A program made the position numbers and the translations under genes. Below are positions 1-8,460 of a DNA stretch of 64,000 bases, in pieces (the first letter of the stretch is position 1; each line of letters starts with the position of its first letter). Source of the stretch: Candidatus Rifleibacteriota bacterium. Its GTDB lineage: Bacteria; Muiribacteriota; Ozemobacteria; Ozemobacterales; Ozemobacteraceae. Under the pieces are notes generated by a model. The model was not told where the DNA came from, did not search any database, and saw nothing but the letters and a program-made list of their open reading frames with translations. Where the stretch lies: assembly GCA_028689875.1 (NCBI GenBank), contig JAQVCG010000003.1, positions 3,662 to 67,661 on the forward strand, written 5' to 3'.

Positions 1-11
1 ATATAGCAGTT

Positions 12-287
12 ATGGCAATCGTAACATATATAATAAGGGCTTTACCTCTGACGCTTATTCGTCGCGAGATAAAAAGCCCTTACATACGATCTTTTTTATA
101 TTACGTGCCTTATGCAACACTTTCTGCGATGACTTTTCCGGCAATACTACACTCTGCCAGAAGCCCATGGGCCGGCGGTGTAGCCTTATTTACAGCGTTA
201 ATGCTTGCATACTACGGCAAGAGCCTTTTAACAGTTGCGACAGGCGCTTGCTTGGCAGTATACATTATAGAGCTTGCGATAATTTAG
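12..287 (+). CDS. AzlD-like small membrane protein (branched-chain amino acid transport family); may be 5'-truncated by the window edge
   Basis: The 91-aa ORF is almost entirely hydrophobic helices. Its N-terminal VTYIIRALPL segment and its size fit the AzlD family. The frame stays open back to position 3, so the true start may lie upstream of the window. Confidence 0.5.
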   Translation: MAIVTYIIRALPLTLIRREIKSPYIRSFLYYVPYATLSAMTFPAILHSARSPWAGGVALFTALMLAYYGKSLLTVATGACLAVYIIELAII

Positions 288-290
288 TTT

Positions 291-743
291 TCATTCCTCA
301 ACGTGGTTAAAAATATGTTCTAATTTGTCTTCACTCAACTTAGAAAGACTTCTGCCCAACCCGTAAAAGGTTTCAGAACAATCAAACATTTTTACGAGTG
401 TTTCTACAACGTTTTGGCCTTCTTCTGAAATACCGTTGTTGCAGTAGCCGATAAGGAATGAATCGATCAGAAATGGCAAGCGCACTTTATTACTTTTTAG
501 AATGTTTTTAACTTCTTCGATTTCTGCTTTGTTATTTGAATATCTAAACTTCAAGCATTCATCAAGAAAATCACTCTCTAAATTTAAGGTATTAATAAGT
601 ACCTTTAAAATCAGCAAATCATTTTCTTCAGATACCTTTTCGGGTAGAACAACCATAGTTAAGCCCTTTAAGTAGGACTTGCGAAATTTGAGATCAGAAT
701 CTCTCAGAGGATGCGCCCTCATTTTATAATTTGTTTTTTGCAT
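291..743 (-). CDS. hypothetical protein (150 aa)
   Basis: This is a long ORF convergent with the AzlD-like gene, with a 3-nt gap. It has no catalytic motif. FLIDSFLIGYCNNGISEEGQ weakly resembles a TerB-type helical repeat; this is unverified. Confidence 0.4.
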   Translation of the reverse strand: MQKTNYKMRAHPLRDSDLKFRKSYLKGLTMVVLPEKVSEENDLLILKVLINTLNLESDFLDECLKFRYSNNKAEIEEVKNILKSNKVRLPFLIDSFLIGYCNNGISEEGQNVVETLVKMFDCSETFYGLGRSLSKLSEDKLEHIFNHVEE

Positions 744-1075
744 ATTTAATTTCCCTTCAATGTAAAAAGCTTCGATTTTATAAACTGTTCAAACTTTTTT
801 AATTTTGTACAATTTTATAGGATAAAGCGAATACAAAACCGGGAAATAACCTCCGCCAGGAGCTTATGATGCGAAGAACAAACAATATCGCTCATATGAC
901 TGCCAAAAGAAGTCGGGAAATCAAACCCCTCTCAATTGGTATTTAAAACCCCCACTCAAAAAATAATACGTTTAAAGATAGAGAAATGTTTTACAAAAAA
1001 ATAAAAAAAATGAAAAAAATCACATAAGGCTATAAAATAACCCCACGTGATTCTTATAATTTGGTAGAAAAGTTC

Positions 1076-1726
1076 TTAAAGAGGTTCGAATGAAGGGACT
1101 GCTGATTTGTCGCAATCAGGTGATTTCTTAATATGTAGCTTTTTGCTTTTGTAAATACAATCTTCACATACAACAAAAGTGCATCTGCTCTTGTCACTCA
1201 ACTTACCCGTGCACCTGTAAAGCTTACCGGGCTTTGCCTTCTTACATACCATGCAGACCTGCTCTTCATCTAAAAATGCTTCGGGGTCTGCATCTTTAAA
1301 CAATCTATGCAAAACTTTATAAGCGGCGAATAGAGCCATAGAACCGGGCATCCCGTTGTGAGCTTTTACCGGTGAATCTGGGCTAATGGCATAGATAGAA
1401 GGGAGAACATCAGACAAAAGTTTTTCAATACCCGCCAAGGTTCCACTTTTACCCGCCATCTTAGGAACTATTTGATTAATCAAATATTGGATTGATTCTA
1501 ATCCATCAGGTCTTTTAACAAGTTTGATGCATTCTGCGCGCATCTGTTCATTCTCTATAAGTATGTCTAACGCCATAAGTTTTTTCGAAACACTGCCTCG
1601 GGGACTTGCTTTTCCGCTTTCCCAGCGATAAACAGTTTTAGGAGAAATCTCGAATAATCTGGCAACGTACTCTTGAGTAATACCAAGAACTTTTCGCATT
1701 TCTAATATTTTTTTAGCTGTATACAT
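1076..1726 (-). CDS. XRE-family helix-turn-helix regulator with a C-terminal Cys-rich (zinc-ribbon-like) domain
   Basis: The HTH_3-type segment is LGITQEYVARLFEISPKTVYRWESGKASP. The C-terminus carries CMVCKK...YRCTG...RCTFVVCEDC. I prefer the ATG at 1726 (MYTAKKILEMRK) to the upstream ATG at 1789, which would add a 21-aa non-conserved leader. Confidence 0.7.
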   Translation of the reverse strand: MYTAKKILEMRKVLGITQEYVARLFEISPKTVYRWESGKASPRGSVSKKLMALDILIENEQMRAECIKLVKRPDGLESIQYLINQIVPKMAGKSGTLAGIEKLLSDVLPSIYAISPDSPVKAHNGMPGSMALFAAYKVLHRLFKDADPEAFLDEEQVCMVCKKAKPGKLYRCTGKLSDKSRCTFVVCEDCIYKSKKLHIKKSPDCDKSAVPSFEPL

Positions 1727-1884
1727 AATCCGTCCATAATTAAACTTTACACATAAGCAAAGTATAAACTGCTTATTCAATGCGGTCAATAGACAGACGA
1801 AAAAAATTAGGCCCGGACGTTGGTCTATTTTTATTTTATTTCTTTTTTCTTTCTACGTCCCCAAACGGACATTTTCAAAAAGTT

Positions 1885-3093
1885 TTATAAAATGCACAAG
1901 AGCTCTGACAGCTCTTTAAAAGGTGCTACAGATCTTTTTAGTATGCCATTCATGTATGCTATCAAGACACCATAATTTGTAATTGGAACATTTTGATCTT
2001 CGGCACACTGCAATCTGTATTTCATTTCGCGCTCGTTTAACATGCAACCGCCACAATGCACTACCAAAGCATATTTAGAGAGATCATCAGGAAAACCCGT
2101 TCCGCCGGTAAATTCAAAATTAATCTTTTTTTTCGTATATTTATTAATCCAACCGGGAAGTTTAACGGTTCCAATGTCTTCGCATTGTCTGTGATGAGTA
2201 CAACCTTCAGAAATTAATACATAATCATTGTCATTAATCTTTTCGAGAGCTGTTGCTCCTTTAATTTGCAAATCAAGTTTTCCTTTATATCTGCTGAACA
2301 GAATTGAAAAAGATGTAAGCATAATATCATTCGGGGTGTCTTTGTTAACTCTTGCAAAAGCCTGACTGTCTGTAATCACCAATCGAGGTTTTTGTCCGAG
2401 CTTGGCTAGCGTATCTTTAAGCGTAGTATCTTTAGTAACAATTGCCGTGGAATCAGAGTCAAGAATGTCTCTGATCGTCTGTTGCTGGGGCAAAATCAAG
2501 CGTCCTTTAGGCGCAGAAGAATCTATGGGAACCACAAGCACAACTAAGTCGTTTGGTTCTAAGATGTCTCCGACAATTCTTTTATTGTTTGTTTCTTTTG
2601 AGGAAAGTTTTGCAATTTCTTCTTTAAGAAGCTCAATATTTTGGTTAGTTAAGGCACTTACCAAGATAGACCCCGGAAACAGATCAGGTTTACAGTCAGG
2701 CAAATCGGCTCTATTAAAAGCCACAATATAGGGTATATTTTTATCTTTTATACGGCTTAAAATTTTATTATCTTCGTCGCTCATTCCGGTTACGCCATCA
2801 ACGACCAAAACTGCAATATCAGTCTTGTTCAAAACCTGATAAGTTCTTTGAATCCTCAATTTGCCAAGTTCGCCTTCATCGTCAAGGCCCGGGGTATCTA
2901 TTATCATAACCGGGCCAAGCGGCAAAAGTTCCATTGTCTTGTAAACCGGGTCTGTTGTAGTGCCCTTAACTTGAGAGACAATAGCAATATTCTGAGCTGT
3001 AACTGCATTTATAATGCTCGATTTTCCGGCATTAATCCGCCCGAATATGCCAATATGCAATCTTTCAGCAGCCGGAGTATTGGATAAACTCAT
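1885..3093 (-). CDS. hydF: [FeFe]-hydrogenase H-cluster maturation GTPase HydF
   Basis: G1 motif GRINAGKSS, G3 motif DTPG and an NRAD-type G4 are present. The C-terminal cluster-binding signature is CTH...(45 aa)...HCGGC. The gene lies directly downstream of hydE and hydG. Confidence 0.88.
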   Translation of the reverse strand: MSLSNTPAAERLHIGIFGRINAGKSSIINAVTAQNIAIVSQVKGTTTDPVYKTMELLPLGPVMIIDTPGLDDEGELGKLRIQRTYQVLNKTDIAVLVVDGVTGMSDEDNKILSRIKDKNIPYIVAFNRADLPDCKPDLFPGSILVSALTNQNIELLKEEIAKLSSKETNNKRIVGDILEPNDLVVLVVPIDSSAPKGRLILPQQQTIRDILDSDSTAIVTKDTTLKDTLAKLGQKPRLVITDSQAFARVNKDTPNDIMLTSFSILFSRYKGKLDLQIKGATALEKINDNDYVLISEGCTHHRQCEDIGTVKLPGWINKYTKKKINFEFTGGTGFPDDLSKYALVVHCGGCMLNEREMKYRLQCAEDQNVPITNYGVLIAYMNGILKRSVAPFKELSELLCIL

Positions 3094-3114
3094 AAAAAGC
3101 TCCTTGTTGGGTTA

Positions 3115-4539
3115 TCAGAATCTAAAGTCTCTTTTTCCTGCATCAATTTCTTTTAAATAATTAATCGCAATTACTTTAACCTTTTGACTTTTGACTTTTT
3201 CGATTTCTTTTTCGATAAGTTTTAAACCCAATTCTTTTGTTTCCGGCGAAGCATAGTCTGTCAGATACTCTTTTAAAGTCATCAATGCATTTGGATGGCA
3301 GCAATTTAAAATTTGTCCGCTCTTGCAAAGACTCATAAATCTGTCTCCGGTTCTGCCTTCTCGGTAGCACGCAGTGCAGAAACTTGGTATATAGCCCATT
3401 TCCATAAGCCATTTAACAATTTCGTCTAAGGTTCTTGTGTCGCTGACATCGAACTGTTCAGACTTATCGTATTCAGGCTCAGGAACTGCGTATCCACCAA
3501 CACTGGTCTTTGAGCCGCCGCTAATTTGTGAAATTCCTAGGTGTAAAACTCTTTCGCGGCATTGCTGGCTTTCTCTGGTAGAAATAATCATTCCAGTATA
3601 AGGAACAGCGATTCTAATACAAGCTACTATTTTTGCGAACACATCGTCGTCGATACCGTTATCGAAGCTTGAAGCATCTATATCGTTTGCATGACGTATT
3701 CTGGGAACGCTTATAGTGTGTGGTCCTACTCCAAAGGTGGCTTCGAGATGTTCTGCATGCATCATAAGTCCGGCAAATTCGTATCTATAGAGTTCGAGAC
3801 CGAACAAAACACCTAACCCTACGTCATCTATTCCTCCTTCCATAGCTCTATCCATGGCTTCGGTATGGTAGGCGTAGTTATGTTTAGGTCCTGTCGGGTG
3901 AAGCTTTTCATAGCTTTCTTTATGATAGGTTTCTTGGAACAAAATATATGTTCCGATACCTGCATCTTTGAGCTTTTTGTAGTTTTCAACCGTAGTAGCG
4001 GCAATATTTACATTTACGCGCCTAATCGCGCCGTTTTTATGTTTAATTGAATATATTGTTTTAATGCTTTCCAATATATATTCTATGGGGTTGTTAACCG
4101 GGTCTTCTCCCGCTTCAAGAGCCAGGCGCTTGTGCCCCATATCTTGAAGTGCTATTACTTCTTCTTCAATTTCTTTCTGAGTCAGTTTTTTTCTTTTAAT
4201 TACCTTGTTTTTTGCATGGTAGGGGCAATACACACAACCATTGACACAGTAGTTTGACAAATATAAAGGAGCAAACATTACAATTCTGTTGCCGTAGAAA
4301 TCTTTTTTAATTTGCTCGGCTAACGCAAAAATTTCTTCATTTTTTTCTTTTATATCACAATCAAGCAAGACACTCGCTTCTCTGTAAGAGAGGCCTTTTC
4401 GGGCTTTAGCTTTTTCAATAATGCTATCTATAAGCTCAACATTGTGCTTGTTTTTCTGGGCATATTCGAGAGTTTTAAGAATTTCTTCGTGATTAATAAA
4501 TTCTTCAGCTTTTTTTGATTTTGGATCGTATACCATCAC
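3115..4539 (-). CDS. hydG: [FeFe]-hydrogenase maturase HydG (radical SAM tyrosine lyase)
   Basis: The radical SAM motif is CVNGCVYCPY. The C-terminal auxiliary-cluster motif CTAC-x22-C (CTACYREGRTGDRFMSLCKSGQILNCC) is typical of HydG. Operon context with hydE and hydF supports the call. Confidence 0.9.
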   Translation of the reverse strand: MMVYDPKSKKAEEFINHEEILKTLEYAQKNKHNVELIDSIIEKAKARKGLSYREASVLLDCDIKEKNEEIFALAEQIKKDFYGNRIVMFAPLYLSNYCVNGCVYCPYHAKNKVIKRKKLTQKEIEEEVIALQDMGHKRLALEAGEDPVNNPIEYILESIKTIYSIKHKNGAIRRVNVNIAATTVENYKKLKDAGIGTYILFQETYHKESYEKLHPTGPKHNYAYHTEAMDRAMEGGIDDVGLGVLFGLELYRYEFAGLMMHAEHLEATFGVGPHTISVPRIRHANDIDASSFDNGIDDDVFAKIVACIRIAVPYTGMIISTRESQQCRERVLHLGISQISGGSKTSVGGYAVPEPEYDKSEQFDVSDTRTLDEIVKWLMEMGYIPSFCTACYREGRTGDRFMSLCKSGQILNCCHPNALMTLKEYLTDYASPETKELGLKLIEKEIEKVKSQKVKVIAINYLKEIDAGKRDFRF

Positions 4540-4556
4540 AAACCTTCTTTCTTGGG

Positions 4557-5597
4557 CTAGAACCCTTTACAATCGCCTCTTGCCACAACAACTTGGTAGC
4601 CAATCTTTTGCATTTGCTCTTTAAGTTGTTCAAGGCCTTCAGCAGATTCAATTCCGGTGTTTATTTTATTATCATATATCAAATATTTTTTTCTAACATC
4701 AGTTGGTGAAAGATTGGGCATAATAACGTTAGCCCCGGCGAGAATTCCTTTTTCTCTGCCGTTTTCAGAGATAGTGCCTAACGCGGTAGTAGCAGGAATC
4801 AACAAATTAGGCAGCATTAGTCGCAGTAAACCGAGCATGAAAAGAGTCAGTTCAACCGAGCCATTTTGTTTGTCCGCAAACGGGGTATCGTGATGCGAAA
4901 TAAAGGGGCCGATACCAACCATGTGCGGCTTCAAGTCTGCCAAAAAGATCATATCTTCAGCCAAATTTTCTGTCGTTTGCCAGGGTGATCCGACCATAAA
5001 GCCGCTTCCAACCTGATAACCGATGTCGCGCAAATCGTACAAACATTGTTTTCTTGTCTTAAGACTTAATTCGGGCGGGTGTAATTTTGCATAATGTTCA
5101 TCAACAGCGGTTTCGTGGCGCAGTAAATACCTGTTTGCACCCGCATCATATAATCGTTTATAAGATTCGTATGATTTTTCGCCGAGCGAGAGTGTAATTG
5201 CACAATCAGGATACATTTTTCTGATTTTTTCTATTACGGAGACCAGCATGTCGTCAGTAATAGCCAAATCTTCGCCGCCTTGCATTACAAATGTTCTAAA
5301 ACCAAGTTTATATCCGGTTTCGCATGAACTTAGAATTTGTTCTTCGTTTAATCTGTATCTTTCGGCGTTTTTATTGCTTCTTCGTAAGCCGCAGTATAAG
5401 CAATCATTCTTACAATAGCTTGAAACCTCAATCAGACCTCTGATGTAGACATCTTTTCCGTAGATGGAGTGTCTTATGGCACGAGCACGTTCAAACAGGT
5501 ATTCTGCCAAATCGGGAGTTCTGCCATTTATCAAGGTCACAAACTCTTCAATAGTGAGTTTGTTTTCGGCTTCAAGTTTATTGATTAGTTTTAGCAT
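4557..5597 (-). CDS. hydE: [FeFe]-hydrogenase maturase HydE (radical SAM)
   Basis: It has the radical SAM motif CKNDCLYCGLR and a BioB-like fold length (346 aa). It is the first gene of the hydE-hydG-hydF string, with 17- and 21-nt spacers. Confidence 0.85.
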   Translation of the reverse strand: MLKLINKLEAENKLTIEEFVTLINGRTPDLAEYLFERARAIRHSIYGKDVYIRGLIEVSSYCKNDCLYCGLRRSNKNAERYRLNEEQILSSCETGYKLGFRTFVMQGGEDLAITDDMLVSVIEKIRKMYPDCAITLSLGEKSYESYKRLYDAGANRYLLRHETAVDEHYAKLHPPELSLKTRKQCLYDLRDIGYQVGSGFMVGSPWQTTENLAEDMIFLADLKPHMVGIGPFISHHDTPFADKQNGSVELTLFMLGLLRLMLPNLLIPATTALGTISENGREKGILAGANVIMPNLSPTDVRKKYLIYDNKINTGIESAEGLEQLKEQMQKIGYQVVVARGDCKGF

Positions 5598-5764
5598 AAT
5601 GCAATGATACTATTGCAGAGTTTTTTTGTCCACAAGAGAGTGTAATTTTTCACAAAGTCAATAAGAGTTTAAAACTATTCTCAAGCTAAACTTTTGCATA
5701 AACATTGCATCGCAGGAATTTGAATGCTAACCTTTAGGTAATCTATTAAATTTGGAGACTCTAT

Positions 5765-6205
5765 ATGGCTGTTAAAGTTTCAATATGGCAAACATTCAGT
5801 AAACTTAAATTAGAATTTGGACTCATCATTCTTTGCCTTTTACAATTTATTAAAATCATGTTCACGCTTATTACAGCAGGCCCCCAATTTAAAGGCATTT
5901 TTGAGGGTCTCAATGTCGAATTGCCTACTGTCAGCATAATTATATTAAGCTTTAATGACCTGTTTTATTCCTGGTGGTTTATAATTTTGCCGTTGATTAT
6001 TGTTATTCCCTTAGGCATAGCAATAGCTTGCATGAAAATCCTATTTACTAAAACAGCACAAAACCCTGATAGCGACTCAACTATTAAGCTACAATCCGTA
6101 ATTACTATTCTCTCTCTAATAACCATTGTATCGTTGGCATTTATAGGTGAAGCAATCAATAACGCAATTATGGCGCCCCTTCTGAGACTTGTTAACCCAA
6201 TGTAA
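5765..6205 (+). CDS. small 3-TM membrane protein resembling the membrane core of PilC/GspF platform proteins (no cytoplasmic T2SSF domains)
   Basis: A GGAG sits 7 nt upstream of the ATG. PQFKGIFEGLNVELPTVSIIILSFNDLFYSWWFIILPL matches the conserved TM1-loop-TM2 segment of PilC/GspF (compare P. aeruginosa PilC [37 protein letters not shown]). The C-terminal AIMAPLLRLV resembles the PilC terminal AMYLPIFQL. Confidence 0.45.
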   Translation: MAVKVSIWQTFSKLKLEFGLIILCLLQFIKIMFTLITAGPQFKGIFEGLNVELPTVSIIILSFNDLFYSWWFIILPLIIVIPLGIAIACMKILFTKTAQNPDSDSTIKLQSVITILSLITIVSLAFIGEAINNAIMAPLLRLVNPM

Positions 6206-6208
6206 CAA

Positions 6209-6886
6209 TTACTTAAGCTCGAATACTTTACCGGGCTCAAGTATAATTACTTCAGCGTTTTTGCCGACCTTATTCTTAAACTGATTTGGGTCGGCATTAA
6301 TAGCCGGAAAAGTATTATAATGTATAGGAACAACTCGTTTTGTCTGCAAATATTCAACTGCAATGGCGGCCGCGTCTACGCCCATTGTGTAAGTATCGCC
6401 AATCGGCAAAAAACTTAAATCGGGCTTAAACAGGTCACCAATCAGCTTCATTTCTAGGGTAAGTCCTGTATCGCCGGCGTGATAAACCTTTGACCCGTTC
6501 ATTTCGACTACAAACCCCGCCGGGGATCCAATATTCGCTGAATGGGCAGCAAAAACCATATTAAATACAACCCCGTCGACGACAATTTTGCCCCCGACAT
6601 TCATTCCAAGGGTCTTTAGGCCATGTTTTTCGGCTTTGTTAGCAAGCTCAGCACCACCTATGAAGGTCGCGTTATTTTCTTTGCAAATCGCGAAGGCATC
6701 GCCTATATGGTCACCATGTGCATGAGTTACGGCCACAAAGTCGACACCTGTTGATTGTTTTGCTCTCAGATTTTGCGAAGGACCTGCAAAGAATGGGTCA
6801 ATCAGTATAGTTTTATCTGCCTCAAGCTTAACGGCTGAATGGCCTAACCAAGTTATTTTCATCACAGCTCCTTTGCAATTTGTCAA
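6209..6886 (-). CDS. metal-dependent hydrolase, metallo-beta-lactamase fold (UPF0173-like)
   Basis: MKITWLGHSAVKLE...ILIDPFF and HAHGDH (HxHxDH) are present. The start is either 6886 (an ATGA overlap with the upstream fumarase stop) or the internal ATG at 6862 (MKITWLGHS). Confidence 0.75.
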   Translation of the reverse strand: MTNCKGAVMKITWLGHSAVKLEADKTILIDPFFAGPSQNLRAKQSTGVDFVAVTHAHGDHIGDAFAICKENNATFIGGAELANKAEKHGLKTLGMNVGGKIVVDGVVFNMVFAAHSANIGSPAGFVVEMNGSKVYHAGDTGLTLEMKLIGDLFKPDLSFLPIGDTYTMGVDAAAIAVEYLQTKRVVPIHYNTFPAINADPNQFKNKVGKNAEVIILEPGKVFELK

Positions 6887-8436
6887 TATAGTCGTTTTCC
6901 TGTATTGTCGTAAATAATGAACGCAGGCATATCTTTAACTGTAATTTTGTGCACAGCTTCCATACCGAATTCAGGAAAATCAAGAACTTCTGATTTTATT
7001 ATGTGTTTTTTTGCAATAAGAGCAGCAGCACCGCCAACTGTTCCCAAATAGAACCCGCCGAATTTAGAACATGCTTTCATAACGCCTTCGGCTCTGTTTC
7101 CTTTTGCTAAGGTAACCATCGAAGCATTTCTACTCATAAAAAAGTCTATGTATCCATCCATTCTTTGGGCTGTTGTAGGGCCAAAGCTACCTATTGCATA
7201 ACCCTTTGGTGTTTTTGCGGGGCCTGCGTAATAAATGGGGTGGTCTTTAAAATAAGCGGGAATTGGTTTACCTTCCAAGACCATTTCGTGAATTTTTGCG
7301 TGCGCCATGTCTCTTGCCACAATTAGGGTTCCGCTTAAAAGCACCATAGAGCCGGCATGATGTTTCGAAAGACTGCTTAGTATTTCAGACATAGGTCTGT
7401 CGAGATCGATTTTTGCAGCTTTACTTTTATCAATCATGCATTTGCTTAAAAATCTTGCCGGGTTTTTATCGAGACATTCTAAGAAAGCGCCATCTGGAGT
7501 TATTTTTGCAAGAATATTTCTGTGTGCACTGCACGAAACACCCACAGAAACGGGACATGATCCGCCGTGTCTTGCCAATCTGATTACGCGTGCTTCGAGT
7601 GCCATATGCTTGCCGCCAAACTGAGCGCCCCACCCTGTTTCTGCCGCAATTTTCATTACAAGTTCTTCGCATTTTTTATCTCTAAAGGGCGAACCGGTTT
7701 TATCGCCTTTTCGCGGCAAATCATCATACACACCGGCTGATGCGAGCTTCATAACTTTTAAATTCAGTTCGGGTGAAGTTCCGCCGACAACTACAACGAT
7801 AGTGTAAGGGGGGCAAGCAGCAACACCCAAACCGGAAATCTTTTCGCGCAAAAATTCTTCGAGCGCTTTTTCGTTCAGCAGCGCTTTATTTCCTTGATGC
7901 AGAACGGTTTTGTTAGCCGAACCGCCGCCTTTTGCCATAAATAAAAACTTGTATTCATTGCCGGGTTCGTAAGAGATATCAATTTGCGAAGGCATATTAT
8001 TGCCCGTATTTACTTCGTCAAACATTGTTAAAGGAGCAACCTGAGAATATCTCAAATTATTGTCCTTCCAACAAGCCTCAATACCGGCATTAAGCATCGC
8101 TACATCATCTGCCCCCGTCAGCACCCCTTCGCCCCTCCAGGCAAAGACTGTTGCAGTGCCCGTATCTTGACACAGTGGCAAATGCCCTTCTGCCGAAATT
8201 GCAGCATTCTCAAGCAAATTGCAGCAAACAAACTTATCGTTTTCGCTGGCTTCGGGGTCACCTGCAATGCTCGCCCAGTGCTCTAAGTGCGACGTTCGCA
8301 GATAAAACTGAGCATCATGAAAAGCCTCTTGAGCTAAAAGCGTCAAAACTTCGGGTTCTATGGTCAAAAAATTTCGGCCATTTATGGTTTCTTGTTTAAC
8401 GCCTTTGTCGGTAATTTTTCTGTATTCGCATATCAT
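6883..8436 (-). CDS. class I (Fe-S) fumarate hydratase, fused alpha/beta form
   Basis: At 517 aa it is colinear with FumA/TtdAB-type hydrolyases. It contains CQDTGTA (the cluster-ligand region), GGGSANK and a C-terminal beta-domain KGNR motif. An L-tartrate dehydratase assignment cannot be excluded by eye. Confidence 0.82.
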   Translation of the reverse strand: MICEYRKITDKGVKQETINGRNFLTIEPEVLTLLAQEAFHDAQFYLRTSHLEHWASIAGDPEASENDKFVCCNLLENAAISAEGHLPLCQDTGTATVFAWRGEGVLTGADDVAMLNAGIEACWKDNNLRYSQVAPLTMFDEVNTGNNMPSQIDISYEPGNEYKFLFMAKGGGSANKTVLHQGNKALLNEKALEEFLREKISGLGVAACPPYTIVVVVGGTSPELNLKVMKLASAGVYDDLPRKGDKTGSPFRDKKCEELVMKIAAETGWGAQFGGKHMALEARVIRLARHGGSCPVSVGVSCSAHRNILAKITPDGAFLECLDKNPARFLSKCMIDKSKAAKIDLDRPMSEILSSLSKHHAGSMVLLSGTLIVARDMAHAKIHEMVLEGKPIPAYFKDHPIYYAGPAKTPKGYAIGSFGPTTAQRMDGYIDFFMSRNASMVTLAKGNRAEGVMKACSKFGGFYLGTVGGAAALIAKKHIIKSEVLDFPEFGMEAVHKITVKDMPAFIIYDNTGKRLY

Positions 8437-8460
8437 TGTAAAAGTTATCCTTTGCTTGAA

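Noticed and set aside
1790-1884. A possible terminator or ncRNA in the gap between hydF and the XRE regulator (GGCCCGGACGTTGGTC region with flanking T/A runs).
   Set aside because: Only 4-5-bp imperfect pairings can be drawn on either strand. This is too weak to call a terminator or structured RNA by eye.
2402-2731. Antisense or alternative-frame ORFs of 60-190 aa embedded in larger genes. Examples from the ORF track: 2402-2731, 3176-3412, 12716-13132, 15305-15679, 19041-19442, 20097-20675, 26194-26697, 40420-40950, 45594-45986, 58629-59138.
   Set aside because: Each lies wholly inside a longer ORF that has clear family motifs on the other strand or frame. Their translations are low-complexity (Ser/Leu/Phe/Ile-rich), and none has a convincing ribosome-binding site. 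I treat them as shadow ORFs.
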